Source of the DNA: Antedon mediterranea | Taxonomy: Eukaryota > Animalia > Echinodermata | Reading direction: 5' to 3' | Length of the DNA: 64,000 nt | NCBI RefSeq assembly: GCF_964355755.1 | Contig: NC_092673.1 | Coordinates: 25,975,648-26,039,647 of the forward strand | Shown: piece by piece, positions 25,378 to 37,555 of the stretch | Layout of the letters: each line of letters opens with the position of its first letter | Position numbering within the stretch: position 1 is the first letter of the stretch | Translations under genes and position numbers: made by a program | Notes under the pieces: generated by a model | Database searches by the model: none | What the model was told of the DNA's origin: nothing | What the model saw: only the letters and a program-made list of their open reading frames with translations

Positions 25378-26723
25378 AAAGCTGCTGGAGAAACGAGACA
25401 ATAAAACACCTATACTACAAGAATATTATATTTGTATCGTTAATTTGGTTACAGGAATGTCTGGGAAGCTACGGTACCCTACAATATCTGACCTGAAACA
25501 ATTTATTCTTTTAAATGTACCAAACCTCACTAGCTCGTCTGTGGACACCCACCCGCTGGGAGAAGCAACCCCGTGTGCATTACAGTTTGTCAGCATCCAG
25601 CATCATACAAACACTAAACGTGTTACGAAATTTAACTTTAGGGCTAGACAGTCTCATAAGTATACGGTGACTTACTGTGAATTGAACGTATAAAACACAG
25701 ACCTGCCAAGATGTCGAGAAGACAACAAAACAAAATTAACCTCAGTTGTATTGTCATGAGACTCATTCTTGCCTTACAGGAAATGTTCAGTCCCGCTAAA
25801 TAATAAACCAAGATTTACGAAAATGAATTTGAAAAAAAAAAAATTAAATACGAAGAAACCAACAGAAACCAGTAATAAAACTCATTAGGAAACAAATCAG
25901 ACACAATTACAGAAGTTATTGATAAAACTTTTGTTTATAGAGAAATTAAATTACTTCATACTAATATTAATAACAATTTCCTCGTCCACAATATAAAATA
26001 TAAATAAACTTATTGAGTTTTATATACTTGTATTGTTGTATAAATGTTAAAATGGTGTGCAATGCTTGAATACCTTTATTTATTTGTTAAGAATGAACTT
26101 TGGTGAATTTTAGAAGTGAACCTTCCACCGAATTGTTCGCATACTAATGAAAAATAGTAAATTATTTGAATCAAAACTAGAAAAGACAATTACTGGGTTA
26201 CAATGATTGAACATGGACTTTCGCAACGAGAAGTTTATACGGCCCATTATAAAAACATGTATAAAAAGTACAGTTATAATTTGTGGTTTTCAATCCTCTA
26301 TTCACATTTCGTATAATAATGTATAACACGTGTAGTATTATAGTTTATTGTAATTATTTTATGTATAATTGTGTATTATTTGTACATTACAATGTAACAG
26401 TTGTATAAAATATATTTGTTGTAGCAGGTACTGCTGACAAGTTACAAGCAATATGTTTTCTCCAAAATTTCAACCATTTTTAAACAAACTTGTATGGGTC
26501 TTAGGGATATGTACTTTAATATTTACGGATATTTAATGTTATCAATATTAGGCCTACTTAACTAAATTAACAAAACACACTCGGAGTCTTGGGTTTTTAG
26601 ATCAATTTATAGGTAATTTCTTGTTATACAAAGCTTTTTGCGACAACCTACAAGCAGATCGAAAATCAAAAGCTACCTTTATTTAAGGCACCGACCTGGT
26701 AATTATTACCAGGTCAGTGCTTA

Positions 26724-26930
26724 AGCATGGTTCCCACTAGAATGCAACGCAGCGACGTATAGACGCAAAGTGATGTATTGCGTAATCACAAGTGGGAACC
26801 GACGATGCAACAGTTCTGCAAACATCGCAGGTTTGATTTCACACAGGCGGGGGCAAACACAATGATTGGAAGGGTATTTCCTTGCGTGGCGTAGATTGCG
26901 TTATGTTGCGTCGCTAGTGGGAACCACGTT
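26724..26930. mobile_element. Harbinger-type MITE sharing family A TIRs with a different interior
   Basis: TTA|AGCATGGTTCCCACTAG ... CTAGTGGGAACCACGTT|TTA. Related inverted copies at 37361-37555 and (partial) ~38810-38968. Confidence 0.7.
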
Positions 26931-27373
26931 TTAATGAATTACGAAAAAGTCAGAATATAGTCTCTATTTATATAATCAGGTATAGTCTTTCTACAACAAT
27001 AGTTTGAAATCATTAAGCATTGTAATGGTTCATCAATAGATTATTTTGAGATATCATAGTTTTGATGAATAAATGAATGCATTTACGCTGTTCATCAATA
27101 TATTTATTAATTACTTTATAAAATCAATTTATTGGAGTCTTTTAATAATTAAAATGCACTCGTATTGGAAACAAATTAAGCCGTAATCACAATATTGGAC
27201 TATTTGTGCTAAACTAATGACGTCATGTAGCTAAAACAAATGAAATAATTAGTAGTTATCAGTTGAAAATAAACAAATATGTGCTTATTAGTTGTTGTTT
27301 TGTCAAGCCAAAGTCAGATTCTATAATACGTGAAATTTCTTTACCTAATTACCTTTGGGATCAGTGATCGTCA

Positions 27374-27900
27374 AGCTTGGTTCCCTCTTAAGCGTGGTTC
27401 CCACTAGCGACGCAACGCAAGGACGTAACGCAATGCAAGTGAATTGACCAATCACAAGCGATGGCTTATTCGCTTGTGATTGCTAACTGTCTATAACTTC
27501 GCTTGTCATTGGTTAAAACGCTTGCGTTGCGTTTACGTCCTTGCGTTACGTTCTAGTGGGAACCAAGCTTTAGACGCAACGCAAGAACGTAAACGCAACG
27601 CAAGCGAGTTGACCAATGACAAGCGACAGTTCGAATAATCCATCGCTTGTGATTGGTCAATTTACTTCTTTGGGTCTCAAGTGCGTGTTAAGCATGGTAT
27701 GCCGAGTCATGACTCGATTGGTCTGTAATTGGAAGTGTCCTACGACTTGACGCCTTCTTGCAAAGGGTTCTTTTGGTTCCCACTAGAACGCAACGGCAGG
27801 CAATCTCAAGTGATGGATTATTCGAACAGTCGCGTGTGATTGGTCAACTCGCTTGCGTTGCGTCTACGTCCTTGCGTTGTGTCATAGTGGGAACCAAGCT
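27374..27900. mobile_element. Nested cluster of family A MITEs
   Basis: Copy 27391-27569 with TTA duplication (27388-27390 / 27570-27572) sits inside the left TIR of an older copy starting at 27374; a further copy spans ~27773-27900. Degenerate relatives at ~22190-22320, ~23996-24096, ~28799-28926 and ~31135-31245. Confidence 0.75.
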
Positions 27901-30045
27901 TTACTGATTCTAATATTACATTTAAAAATACACAAAATACGGTGTCGTGATAGCAACATGGATAGGCACATAGTTAAATAATCTCTCTACAATTTTTAAA
28001 CATAATATATGATAGTGTATGATTCATGACTTGACGTCAAAATACACTTATTCATTGTCATTACTTTATCAGACCTCACAGTAACACAAGTTATGTAAAC
28101 GCCTTCAGTTATGTTATTAATGTTATGTTTCACATTTATGTGAATTGTAGTTTGATGACAACATTCAATAACCTGCACAATTGCGATATACGATAACCTT
28201 ACACAAATTGAAAGTGTGCGCTCTCTTTAAAACATGACCTCTATGTCAACGTACACAAGGAACAACGACAGAAACAACAAAACAACTCAATTATCATTAA
28301 TATGAATTGCAACGTTTGTTCCTAATTGTGTACTTTGAGATAACTGTGCCAAGGAGAATGGTAATTTAGTAAAGAATGGGTTTCTAAAATCAAAACTATA
28401 TTTAGAATATGTTATGACTTAGTGAATAATTCCTTAATCTTGTCAGTGTGTATAATGCTAATGAATTGCTCGTTATCGAGTAAAACCAAATTATTTTTCT
28501 TTCACGTGTTTAGTGGGTGATGATTGCTATTAAACCTAAAAAGGTTATCAAATCGATAGTGGATTATAGTAGGCCTCATACAGTGTAGAAAATGTATTTT
28601 TGGCAGGTGGTTGGGGGTCGGGACGAATTAGCTTCCGAAGCATGCTTGCCAAGGAGTTTGAATAAAGGAGAGGGACCACGATGCCATGTAATGGGTAAAG
28701 AAACTTTGGACTAATGTCTATACGTGCCAAACGCAACTTCCGAGACGGTCGGTACACAGCTTCTATGCCTGTTAAACACGCACACACACACATATACAAA
28801 GCTTAGTTACCAGGGACGCAACGCATGGACGTGGACGTATGCGCAACACTCAAGTGATTTGACCAATAAACGCGATGATCCATCCATCCAACCAACCATG
28901 CGTTACATCCTAATGGGAAAGCTATTTAAACGGTGGGATGCCCATGCGTGTCAAGAGATACAGGGAGTAAAATGTTACACTTCTCTATATATTATCTATA
29001 CCTGGTCTAAACTAAAGGCCTACGCACACACATATAAAAGTATATATCATGGAGGAGTGAAATTACATGTACACACTTTACAAAACATTTAAAGCCTTGT
29101 CTATACTCTCAAAATTTATGTGACAGAAAATGTGATATGCCCATATATGGACATGACGATAATACCATATTTGGGCATATCACTAACATAATTGGGCACA
29201 TCACACTTTTTTTGTCAAACTAGTTTAATAGTGTGGACAGGAATTAATACTATTTTTGCGTGACTATGCCCACGCAGATTTGCATCCACGCCGAACCGCG
29301 AGCGCGTAGGACACACTCAACAAACTCTAAGAACACTCGAAGTTAATGACAGTCTAATCACGTTAAATCAAACACGTAAGAATAGATTAAATATTGTAAA
29401 GAAATGATAAACTGTTTTCACAAATTGACTTAGCTAAGCCGTTCATTATAAGAAGGATTACATTGAAATATCGAACATGAGATAGCAGAACTAAGTACCC
29501 ATGACAAGATTGCGTAACAAAATAAAGATGACATTAAATAAAAACAAAATAAATGTTATAACACTACTCGAAACTTATTTGATGTATGAGGTATATGGTT
29601 AATGAACATGGTTTTTGATTAATTTCATTATTTTTGTGCTTATCGATAAATCGTTTATGGTCACAAACCAAAAGAGCTTCGAAAAATCTCGACAAAATCC
29701 TCTACCTCCTCTCATCTTCTAGAGAAAAATAAAAAGTGCGATACAGATTAAAGAGCTACCAAATAAATTAATCTGATTTTATTCATACAGGCAAACAAAA
29801 ATAACTATTCTAGTACAGTAGAGTAATGAGTCAGTGTAAAGTCTAAACAGGCCTACATTTGCCAAGTTTCAACGTCGTGGGTGTTTTTCCATACAGTTGT
29901 AATCTCCATACCCAGGGGTATAATTATACAATACTCGATTGGATCATTATATTGCCCAAATACAATATTTTCACACTGACCCACCGTCACATGGCTGAAA
30001 TTTTGAATGCATGCGCGTCATAGCTGTTCTATAAGATGTGTTTAA

Positions 30046-30232
30046 AGGCCAATCTACACAGACAATCGTAACAGTAAGCGGCAAACCGCGTAGCTTGTTC
30101 GCACATAAAATCTGTATCTATCTATCCTGAGCCGAAACTACCCGTCGGCTTCGCGTTATGTGTATAAAAGGAATAACATAGATTCTAAATTTATTTGTAT
30201 TACCGTTACCGCTCGTCTGTGTAAATTGGCCT
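30046..30232. mobile_element. MITE with AGGCCAAT(C/T)TACACAGAC TIRs
   Basis: ~18-bp TIR plus subterminal inverted match (GTAACAGTAA / TTACCGTTAC); flanked by TAA/TTA. Confidence 0.65.
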
Positions 30233-31876
30233 TTAATTGGCCTTTTAGGTGGTGGGGGAAAATCAGTCCAGGCGACCCTACCCTCGTCGTCGTTTGCTCA
30301 CCGACTACATTGTGCATGTTATGTAATAATCATACGACACGTGTAAAGCAAAGAATTTAATCTCATGCTGTACGCATTGAATTAATCATAATTTCAAATA
30401 TCTTTATTTTAATCTTTTACTTAACAATTTTTACAAGAAGCCGTCATCCAAATGTAAAAACATGATTAGTATACTTAACGCATTACATAACCGGTTTAGG
30501 CCCTACTTTAACTTCATAACAACAATATGAATAATTTATCATATCTGCATGCAAGTTTACAGAGACGATACTAATAATTATTCTTTAATATCGCGTTACG
30601 TCGATTTAAAATAACTACCGGTATTAAGTAATGCTGATTTCCAGTATTATGGATATCAAACGTACATTGAATATGGACCACAGTGTTCGCTATTTCGTCA
30701 TCGAGTATTTCTGTGACGTAAACACTATGGGAACCCGGCTGTCTGAGATCGATGGAGCCATGGTGAAAGTGTGTTAATGACGTAGTTGATGATAAATCAA
30801 GTGTCTAATTTACTAATGATCAATCGATTTTTATATTAGTTATCGAGGAAAACAATTAAATTACAATCGGTTATTTTCGAATCTTATCTTTCTTCAGGGC
30901 TAACTATTGCGTTGAAATATACAATACAATGACGTGACGTATCTGACTATCATTATTATTATAGGCCTAAGATTGATCAAAGTCGATAAATAATTGTTGC
31001 TGCCCCGATGTCATCTTCATTTAAAAAAAAGAATTAGGGTAGGAATAAACAGATTATAAATCAGGCAAAACTAGGCTCCTAACGACTTTCCACCGAGGAG
31101 CCAGAATTCAAGTAACGTACAGTTTGTTTGCTATCGGACGCAACTTAACCACGTAAGCGCACAACGCAAGTGAGTTGACCATTGACCAGCGAAATTTCAG
31201 GCGATCCGTCGCGTTGTAATTAGTCAAATTACTTGCTTTGTGCGCCTATAACGTCTATTACGCCTAATTTTTATTTTGCATAGCCTAGTTGTGTCACAGT
31301 AACTGGTACGAACTAGAACATTTAAATTATGTTAATTGAAATAAAAATAATTAATTTTGAGAACACTACCAAGATTAGGCTACTAATTCCTATTTTTAAT
31401 CATCCAAATTACGTAGATGCATAACACGTAAAATACTAAGAATAAAAACACAGAATATTGACATGTCATTTTCTTCATATAAAAACAATTAAAAAACAGA
31501 GTATATAAACATGTTTTCCAATATCAGTATTCCTATATAATTGTTCATAACAACAATATATTATTGTAAAATGTCCGGATGACGACACTCGGCGTACCAA
31601 GATACGGTCGAAGACGGCTCTGTCTTATTATCATTATTTTATTTAATTTTTTGTAAACAGGAAAATACATATTAAGAAAAATTGGAAATCATGGTGGTAT
31701 AATGAGGTATTGTTTAATAATAATACACTGATTAATAGTTCACTCTTTATTTCAACCGTTTAACCTCAAGATAATTTCCTTATAGTTACCTTGAACACGA
31801 TGAATAATGCGAACTGAATTAAACATTTTCTAGGAAGACATTATCTTTTATTTTTAGTTCATCTTATTGTATGTAA

Positions 31877-32147
31877 AGCCTGGTTTCCATAAAATCGCTA
31901 CACGACAGAGCGTAGCGATTCTATGGAAACGCTAGAATTTATCAGGGATCTAGTACCCGAGCGCTAAATATTCTTTGGTACGCGTATACGATTCATCGCC
32001 GACACAATCGGCAAAGTTGAACATGTTTGAACTTTGCCGATTTGACTGCGATGAATCGGGGAGCTTTCCCGATTGCGTCGGCAACATCTGCGCGTGTAGC
32101 GATTTTAATGGAAATAACGCTGTAGCGATTTTAATGGAAACCAGGCT
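31877..32147. mobile_element. Harbinger-type MITE with AGCCTGGTTTCCAT TIRs
   Basis: AGCCTGGTTTCCATAAAATCGCTACA ... TGTAGCGATTTTAATGGAAACCAGGCT; internal palindrome ATCGGCAAAGTT...AACTTTGCCGAT. Confidence 0.7.
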
Positions 32148-33251
32148 TTAATTGAAAAGCGGGGGTACGAAGAACCCAGGTTCCAACTGTGAACTGCGTT
32201 ACTACAGTATTTTAAACTAAGCTTTCTTAGACTATAAGATATTTCGATTGCATTGATCGAATAATCAACTTAGGCCTTGTACATTATTACAGTAAGGAGG
32301 AGACGCCAACCAAACAAAGCAGTGTCCATTTATTTATAAATGAGTGTCCCGTTAATAGGGCTGGCCCATATTTAAAATCCCATTCATTTGTTTCACGAAA
32401 AAGTGTCCTCTTAATAGGTGTGTCTGTTCTTTAATAGGGATTTCTCAAAGGAGGGGTTGGTATATTGTCCAATCCAAATATATTTTTTTCACATAAAATG
32501 AATTGATGGAAGAGGGGTAATGCATGGAAATGATCGAGAAAAACAACTGTTTTGTTTGATAGGAATTTTATCTACACACAGGTGCACAATTGGAATACAT
32601 TTAGATATAGGCTACGTACCATAGGCATTTTGTTTTTCTGAAAAGCCGACTTCAATACCACACATTAGTCTAGTTTTGAGGCAATGTAAATTGTCTATTT
32701 AATACATTGTGTGAAATGTAATTTAATGCAGGGACTTTTTTTTACAACACATAATCTATCTTGACACCAATGTTGTTAGCCATCCAGATGACTTAACATT
32801 AAATATAAGCCAAATAAAGCCGGTTCGGAAAGGCGTACAATGCTTGACAATAATATATCTGTATATGCTCTTACATTATCTGTCCAGTATATCCAATAAT
32901 ACAGGCGTCACATGTGATAGTTCTACAGTATGTGACGATAACAGTATTTTCCTATGATTCTCGGCTTAACAATTGTAACAGAATTATCACGATCATGCTA
33001 TAGTAGGGCTTAACGCACGCGGCATGCAATCGACCGCGTGGTTTCAGAGTTACAGTTTGAAATTCCCGCTGTAATTTTTTCAGTAGCAATGTGGAATCGT
33101 ACCTTACGACCAGCTAAGTGTAACAAGATCATTCTCAAAATGTTCTCATTGATTCTCCCAAAATTGGTCAAAAAAATTGAAACGTTTGATGGTAATATTA
33201 TGACTAGCGATAATATAGCAGTTCATTGGGATTAGCAAATCCGAACAGATA

Positions 33252-33330
33252 TGGATAGACCTCTATGGATAGACCTCTATGGATAGACTTCTATAATAAT
33301 ATGGATAGACTTCTATATGGATAGACCTAT
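33252..33330. repeat. 14-bp tandem repeat ATGGATAGAC(C/T)TCT
   Basis: About 5 copies visible. Confidence 0.75.
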
Positions 33331-34598
33331 ATAAGCTTACTAAACTGTAAGGCACTTATGAGGCACTAAACACACCCACCACTTCCTCAATCATTAGTAT
33401 TGTACTACTGTACGATCATTTTTCTAGTGGCCTTTATATCGTTTTGTGTACAGTGTAATATGGTACAATATAACAACTGTTTTTATAGCAATTAATAAGC
33501 ATATCGTCACAGAATTTCAACATTATTGAAAAGATAAATAAAACCAGCCTACCTTAAATGTACCTAAGACTAGTATGCAATCATCTTTTAGGTTCAATTT
33601 ATCCTTTGTCCTACAGTAGTGTTCAATCGTAGGCATGTTGTATTGAGAAACTACGGGACGTGGGTTAAACGTTCCACGTGGCAACAATGGTATTACGTAA
33701 CAACAACATTCTTACGTTTCAGAGGCCTTATAGTCATCTTCTTGAAAACACACGTCCAATATTGTATTTTTAGAATATATATGCAAACGATGAACACATG
33801 TAAACACACAATAAATGTGTAATTGGTTTTGTTGTAGAAATTATACTGTAGGCCTATATTTAAATATACAATTTGTTATATTTAAAAACGCATACCGTCG
33901 TGTGTAACGTCATTTCAATTGTATGTTTGTTTTAATTTGTTTTCCACTATCTGGTTTGAGGTCAGGGAAAATTAAACAAAAGAATTGACAGTCATGAGCA
34001 GTTTAAAGGAAAAAAAGTGGCTCATGTTAAGGATATGTATTACCTGAGGGAATAATGAAATCAATTAAGTATAATTTCACTTTTCCTTCATGGTATTACT
34101 GTATTATATCATATTGGGGTTGGTTGGTCGTAAAAAAAATCACTGAGAATGATCTAGTATATTCGTCAGGGGTTTAACAGTTGGGCTGAGGCTACTTCTG
34201 TACCACCCATCACAATAACGTTTATGGTGATTCCCATAAATAAATATATATGTATAATGAAGGGCTACTGTTGCCCAAAAGCTCGGCTAACTTTTCTGGC
34301 TGTTTTACTTATCGTTTTGATTTAGCTTTTCGCTTCTTTTTTTTGTATCTCCATTGAGATCCAGCCACTGATACCCACAGCATTGTCATTTTTTCAATAA
34401 TTTGCCTTTGGATTTATAATAAACAATACAATAATAAAATGTGTCATCATAAACTGTATCTATTAATTTGTCACAATTATCGCTTGTGCATTTAGAATAC
34501 GTTCACTATTTCCCCTCCATTTTGGAAATTTTTGTTTTCCTTTTTTGGCTGGCAGAAATATTTGTTGTGATGCTTTAGGCCTACATCATCGTTTTGAA

Positions 34599-37201
34599 TC
34601 AAAGATCTTCGTAGCCAGAAATCGTTTTTGAGCCGCTAGAACGACATGTCAGGATACTCCACGTAAACAAGGCACCGTCCTGTAGAGAAATGTAATTTTA
34701 ATATAGTTTATACATCGAATATTTGTAATTGTTAATCGCCGAATGTCATATTGTTTATATAGTCTTTAGATAGATACAGTACAGACTTCTGGTGGTGCGG
34801 TGGCCGCGGCCACAAGTCCCCTAATCACTTATCATTACATATTATTTTTGAATGCTTGTTTTGGGGACAAGCTCATCCGATTAGCTCATCCGAGAGGATG
34901 AAAGATGAAGTTAACAACATCTTTGGTTGAGATTTGCTTCTGAAAATTTAAGTTGTATTTTATAATCGAACCAAGTACGACAGAAATAAAACTGCAACTT
35001 ACATATATTAACCCTGGTAGTGAAGACCAAAATGCGTAATCTGGTATTAGCTCCTTGCCTTTTTTATTGTGACGGACCTTGTTGAAGATAATCCCAGCAA
35101 TGAAATATGCAGTTAACGTCGGAAAAACTCTGTGAACAAAAAGTTATATTATTTAAGTAATGAAATCAAATTATGGAGATATATTATTGTATTGTTATAC
35201 CATACTGATTTTCGGATGATGGATAAGGTGTCTTTCTACTTACATAATAAGCATGATAGATCCAGTACTTAAACCCTGTTTTGAAGGAGGATTTGGTGGT
35301 CCAATAGTAGGAGGATTTGGTGGTCCAATAGTAGGAGGATTTGGTGGTCCGATAGTAGGAGGATTTGGTGGTCCGATAGTAAGAGGAGGATTTGGTGGTC
35401 CGATAGTAGGAGGATTTGGTGGTCCGATAGTAGGAGGATTTGGTGGTCCGATAGTAAGAGGAGGATTTGGTGGTCCGATAGTAGGCGACTTTTCACAAAC
35501 ACCAGCAAATTCAAATTCGAAAATATACTATAAAATAATAAAGAATGTTGCAACGTATAGGTCTTAAAAATCGATGGTGTCGTTGTAGGAAAGAGGAATT
35601 TAGGTTTAAAAGTGCGTTGATGTTGGGTGCGCGGGCGAATAAAAGAATAGATAGTAGATGGAGATAATAATGTATTATGGACGGTCGCGGTGACTATAGC
35701 CACTACTATACAGTAAGAATAATTACCACAAATATTCCGTCGGTATATTCGTTATAAAACAACCCTTTATACGCTGCCTCCGGAACCTTGTTACCATCCG
35801 TACTATCTACATAGTCCCATTTGATGTTGTTATTACATTCGAATGACAAATATGACGTAATATTTCCAATCCCGTTTGCAAAAATGAAGAGATTTATACC
35901 AGTTTCTACACAAAAATAAAGAATCAATTTACTTCATTTAGATATTACATGAACACTTTATTGTACCATTATAGTTTTATATGTTACGCGCGTTATGACA
36001 ACGGTTCCAAATTTGGTATAGATAGTAGGCCTAAAGTATCCCGGTTCCAAATTTGGTATAGATAGTAGGCCTAAAGTATCCCGGTTCCAAATTTGGTATA
36101 GAAACTAAGATAGTAGGCCTAAAGTACCCCGGTTCCAAATTTGGTATAGATAGTAGGCCTAAAGTATCCCGGTTCCAAATTTGGTATAGATAGTAGGCCT
36201 AAAGTATCCCGGTTCCAAATTTGGTATAGATAGTAGGCCTAAAGTATCCCGGTTCCAAATTTGGTATAGATAGTATAGGCCTATCCCAGTTTCGGTTTAC
36301 CATTGGAAGCCCATGGACATTGGGAATGTGTCTTGGTGGACACCAGAGTCGTCGACATAATCGGCTCTGTTACCTCGACTTGCTCAGCCAACAACCATTA
36401 CTCTTTAACATATAATCTCAGGAGTGTAGGCCTACACACCGGAGCGATACTCACCAATCGGATTTACGTCGTTACGATATGTTCCAAGATCAACATCATA
36501 CTGATCATCATAATCAGAGGTTAACGCCGCCGTACAATTAAAACACTCTGATAAACTGCTTGGAAGAGGATGGCATATAGCAAAGTTAACCCGACAACGG
36601 TCTATAGTGTCGTTAGCAGGTAAAGCAAACGAGCACGCCTCTGTATCATTTATGTCCAAGTACCAGAATGAAGTTCTTTGAAATAGAAATAATAAGAGAA
36701 TTTACAGAATTGAACTCATTTGTCGAACCTACGTTAAGCCAAGTTGTGTGCAGAAGTCCAATGTACAAAAGGATCACACAGACCGCACTTCCCTCTTCTG
36801 CTAAAGGATTACACGCCGCCTCCCTCGTCTGCCACAGAGGGGTACACTCCACATCCTTTAATTATTAAACCCACCTTTCTCTTGTTTGCCAGAGAAAGTT
36901 CATCTCTATCCCGAAAATGCAGCTTAATTGGTTATTAAATTGCCTTCGTCAGGGATGTAAGGAACGTTTTATGTTTTAATAGGCCGATCGTAGTTCAAAA
37001 CACATTATCTTTAACGTATTGTCATAAACAACATAGGATACAAACTTACCCTGTCAAGTTCGAAATATCATGCCCAGGTAATTCACAGCCCGGTGTATTT
37101 ATTTCTTTACTAGTGCAAATTGTGGCGAATGACATATACATCAATAATTTCACAAATAGCAGAAGCATGCAACTTCTGATGATATGTACAACAACGGCCA
37201 T
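34599..37201 (-). CDS. Cation-dependent mannose-6-phosphate receptor / ATG27-family (MRH-domain) type I membrane protein, 347 aa
   Basis: Six GT-AG exons with consistent phases: 37201-37050, 36675-36455, 35905-35727, 35527-35244, 35129-35003, 34679-34599 (1044 nt). Signal peptide MAVVVHIIRSCMLLLFVKLLMYMSFA; Cys-rich lumenal domain ending YIFEFEFAGVC; (TIGPPNPP)x8 stalk; TM GLSTGSIMLIIVFPTLTAYFIAGIIF; family-typical tail NKVRHNKKGKELIPDYAFWSSLPGLIYDG; C-terminal YEDL (YxxPhi). Confidence 0.85.
35286..35483 (-). repeat. Coding 24-bp minisatellite x8 (TIGPPNPP stalk) in exon 4 of the MPR-like gene
   Basis: GGAGGATTTGGTGGTCC(A/G)ATAGTA x8 with two in-frame AGA insertions. Confidence 0.9.
36002..36283. 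repeat. 40-bp intronic minisatellite, ~7 copies
   Basis: CGGTTCCAAATTTGGTATAGATAGTAGGCCTAAAGTATCC repeated head-to-tail; one copy carries an 8-bp insertion. Confidence 0.9.
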
Positions 37202-37360
37202 ATTTAACTAACCTTCAATATCCGTACCTTGATATATCTATCTGTTTATATTTGTTAAACTTGATAGCGTTGATGCCTCATAGGATAGCAGCATACCTTT
37301 GTGATACAAACTGGCACGATTGAACGTAAAATCATTGACGGGGTGACGTTACTATTATAA

Positions 37361-37555
37361 AGCTTGGTTTCCACTAGCGACGCAACGTAACGCAATCTAC
37401 GCAACATAAGAAAATGCCCTTCTAATAATTATGTTTGCCCCCGCCTAATGCGTGAAATCAAACCTGCGATGTTTGCAACACTATAATTGCGTCGTCGGTT
37501 CCCACCTGTGATTATGCAATACAGCACTTTGCCTCGCTGAGACTTTTACCACGCT
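37361..37555. mobile_element. Harbinger-type MITE 160 bp upstream of the MPR-like start codon
   Basis: TAA|AGCTTGGTTTCCACTAG ... ACCACGCT|TAA; reverse-complement homolog of 26724-26930. Confidence 0.65.

Noticed and set aside
25161-25693. Overlapping 111-aa and 114-aa + strand ORFs
   Set aside because: Alternative frames over the knottin 2 last exon and its 3' UTR, with no recognisable features.
28548-28799. ORF with YRPSRKLR as a host gene
   Set aside because: More likely a heavily decayed L2-like LINE 3' end; too degenerate to call.
35253-35567. + strand ORF with (GGFGGPIV)n resembling a Gly-rich structural or antimicrobial protein
   Set aside because: It is the antisense shadow of the minisatellite in exon 4 of the MPR-like gene. 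The - strand frame has matching splice sites, phases and family motifs; the + ORF has no signal peptide or gene context.
35269-35703. 144-aa - strand ORF with (LLSDHQIL)n
   Set aside because: Wrong frame of the same repeat; it runs through the intron.
36002-36283. CRISPR-like array (palindromic ~40-bp repeats)
   Set aside because: Repeats are contiguous with no unique spacers, lie in a eukaryotic intron, and have no cas genes nearby.
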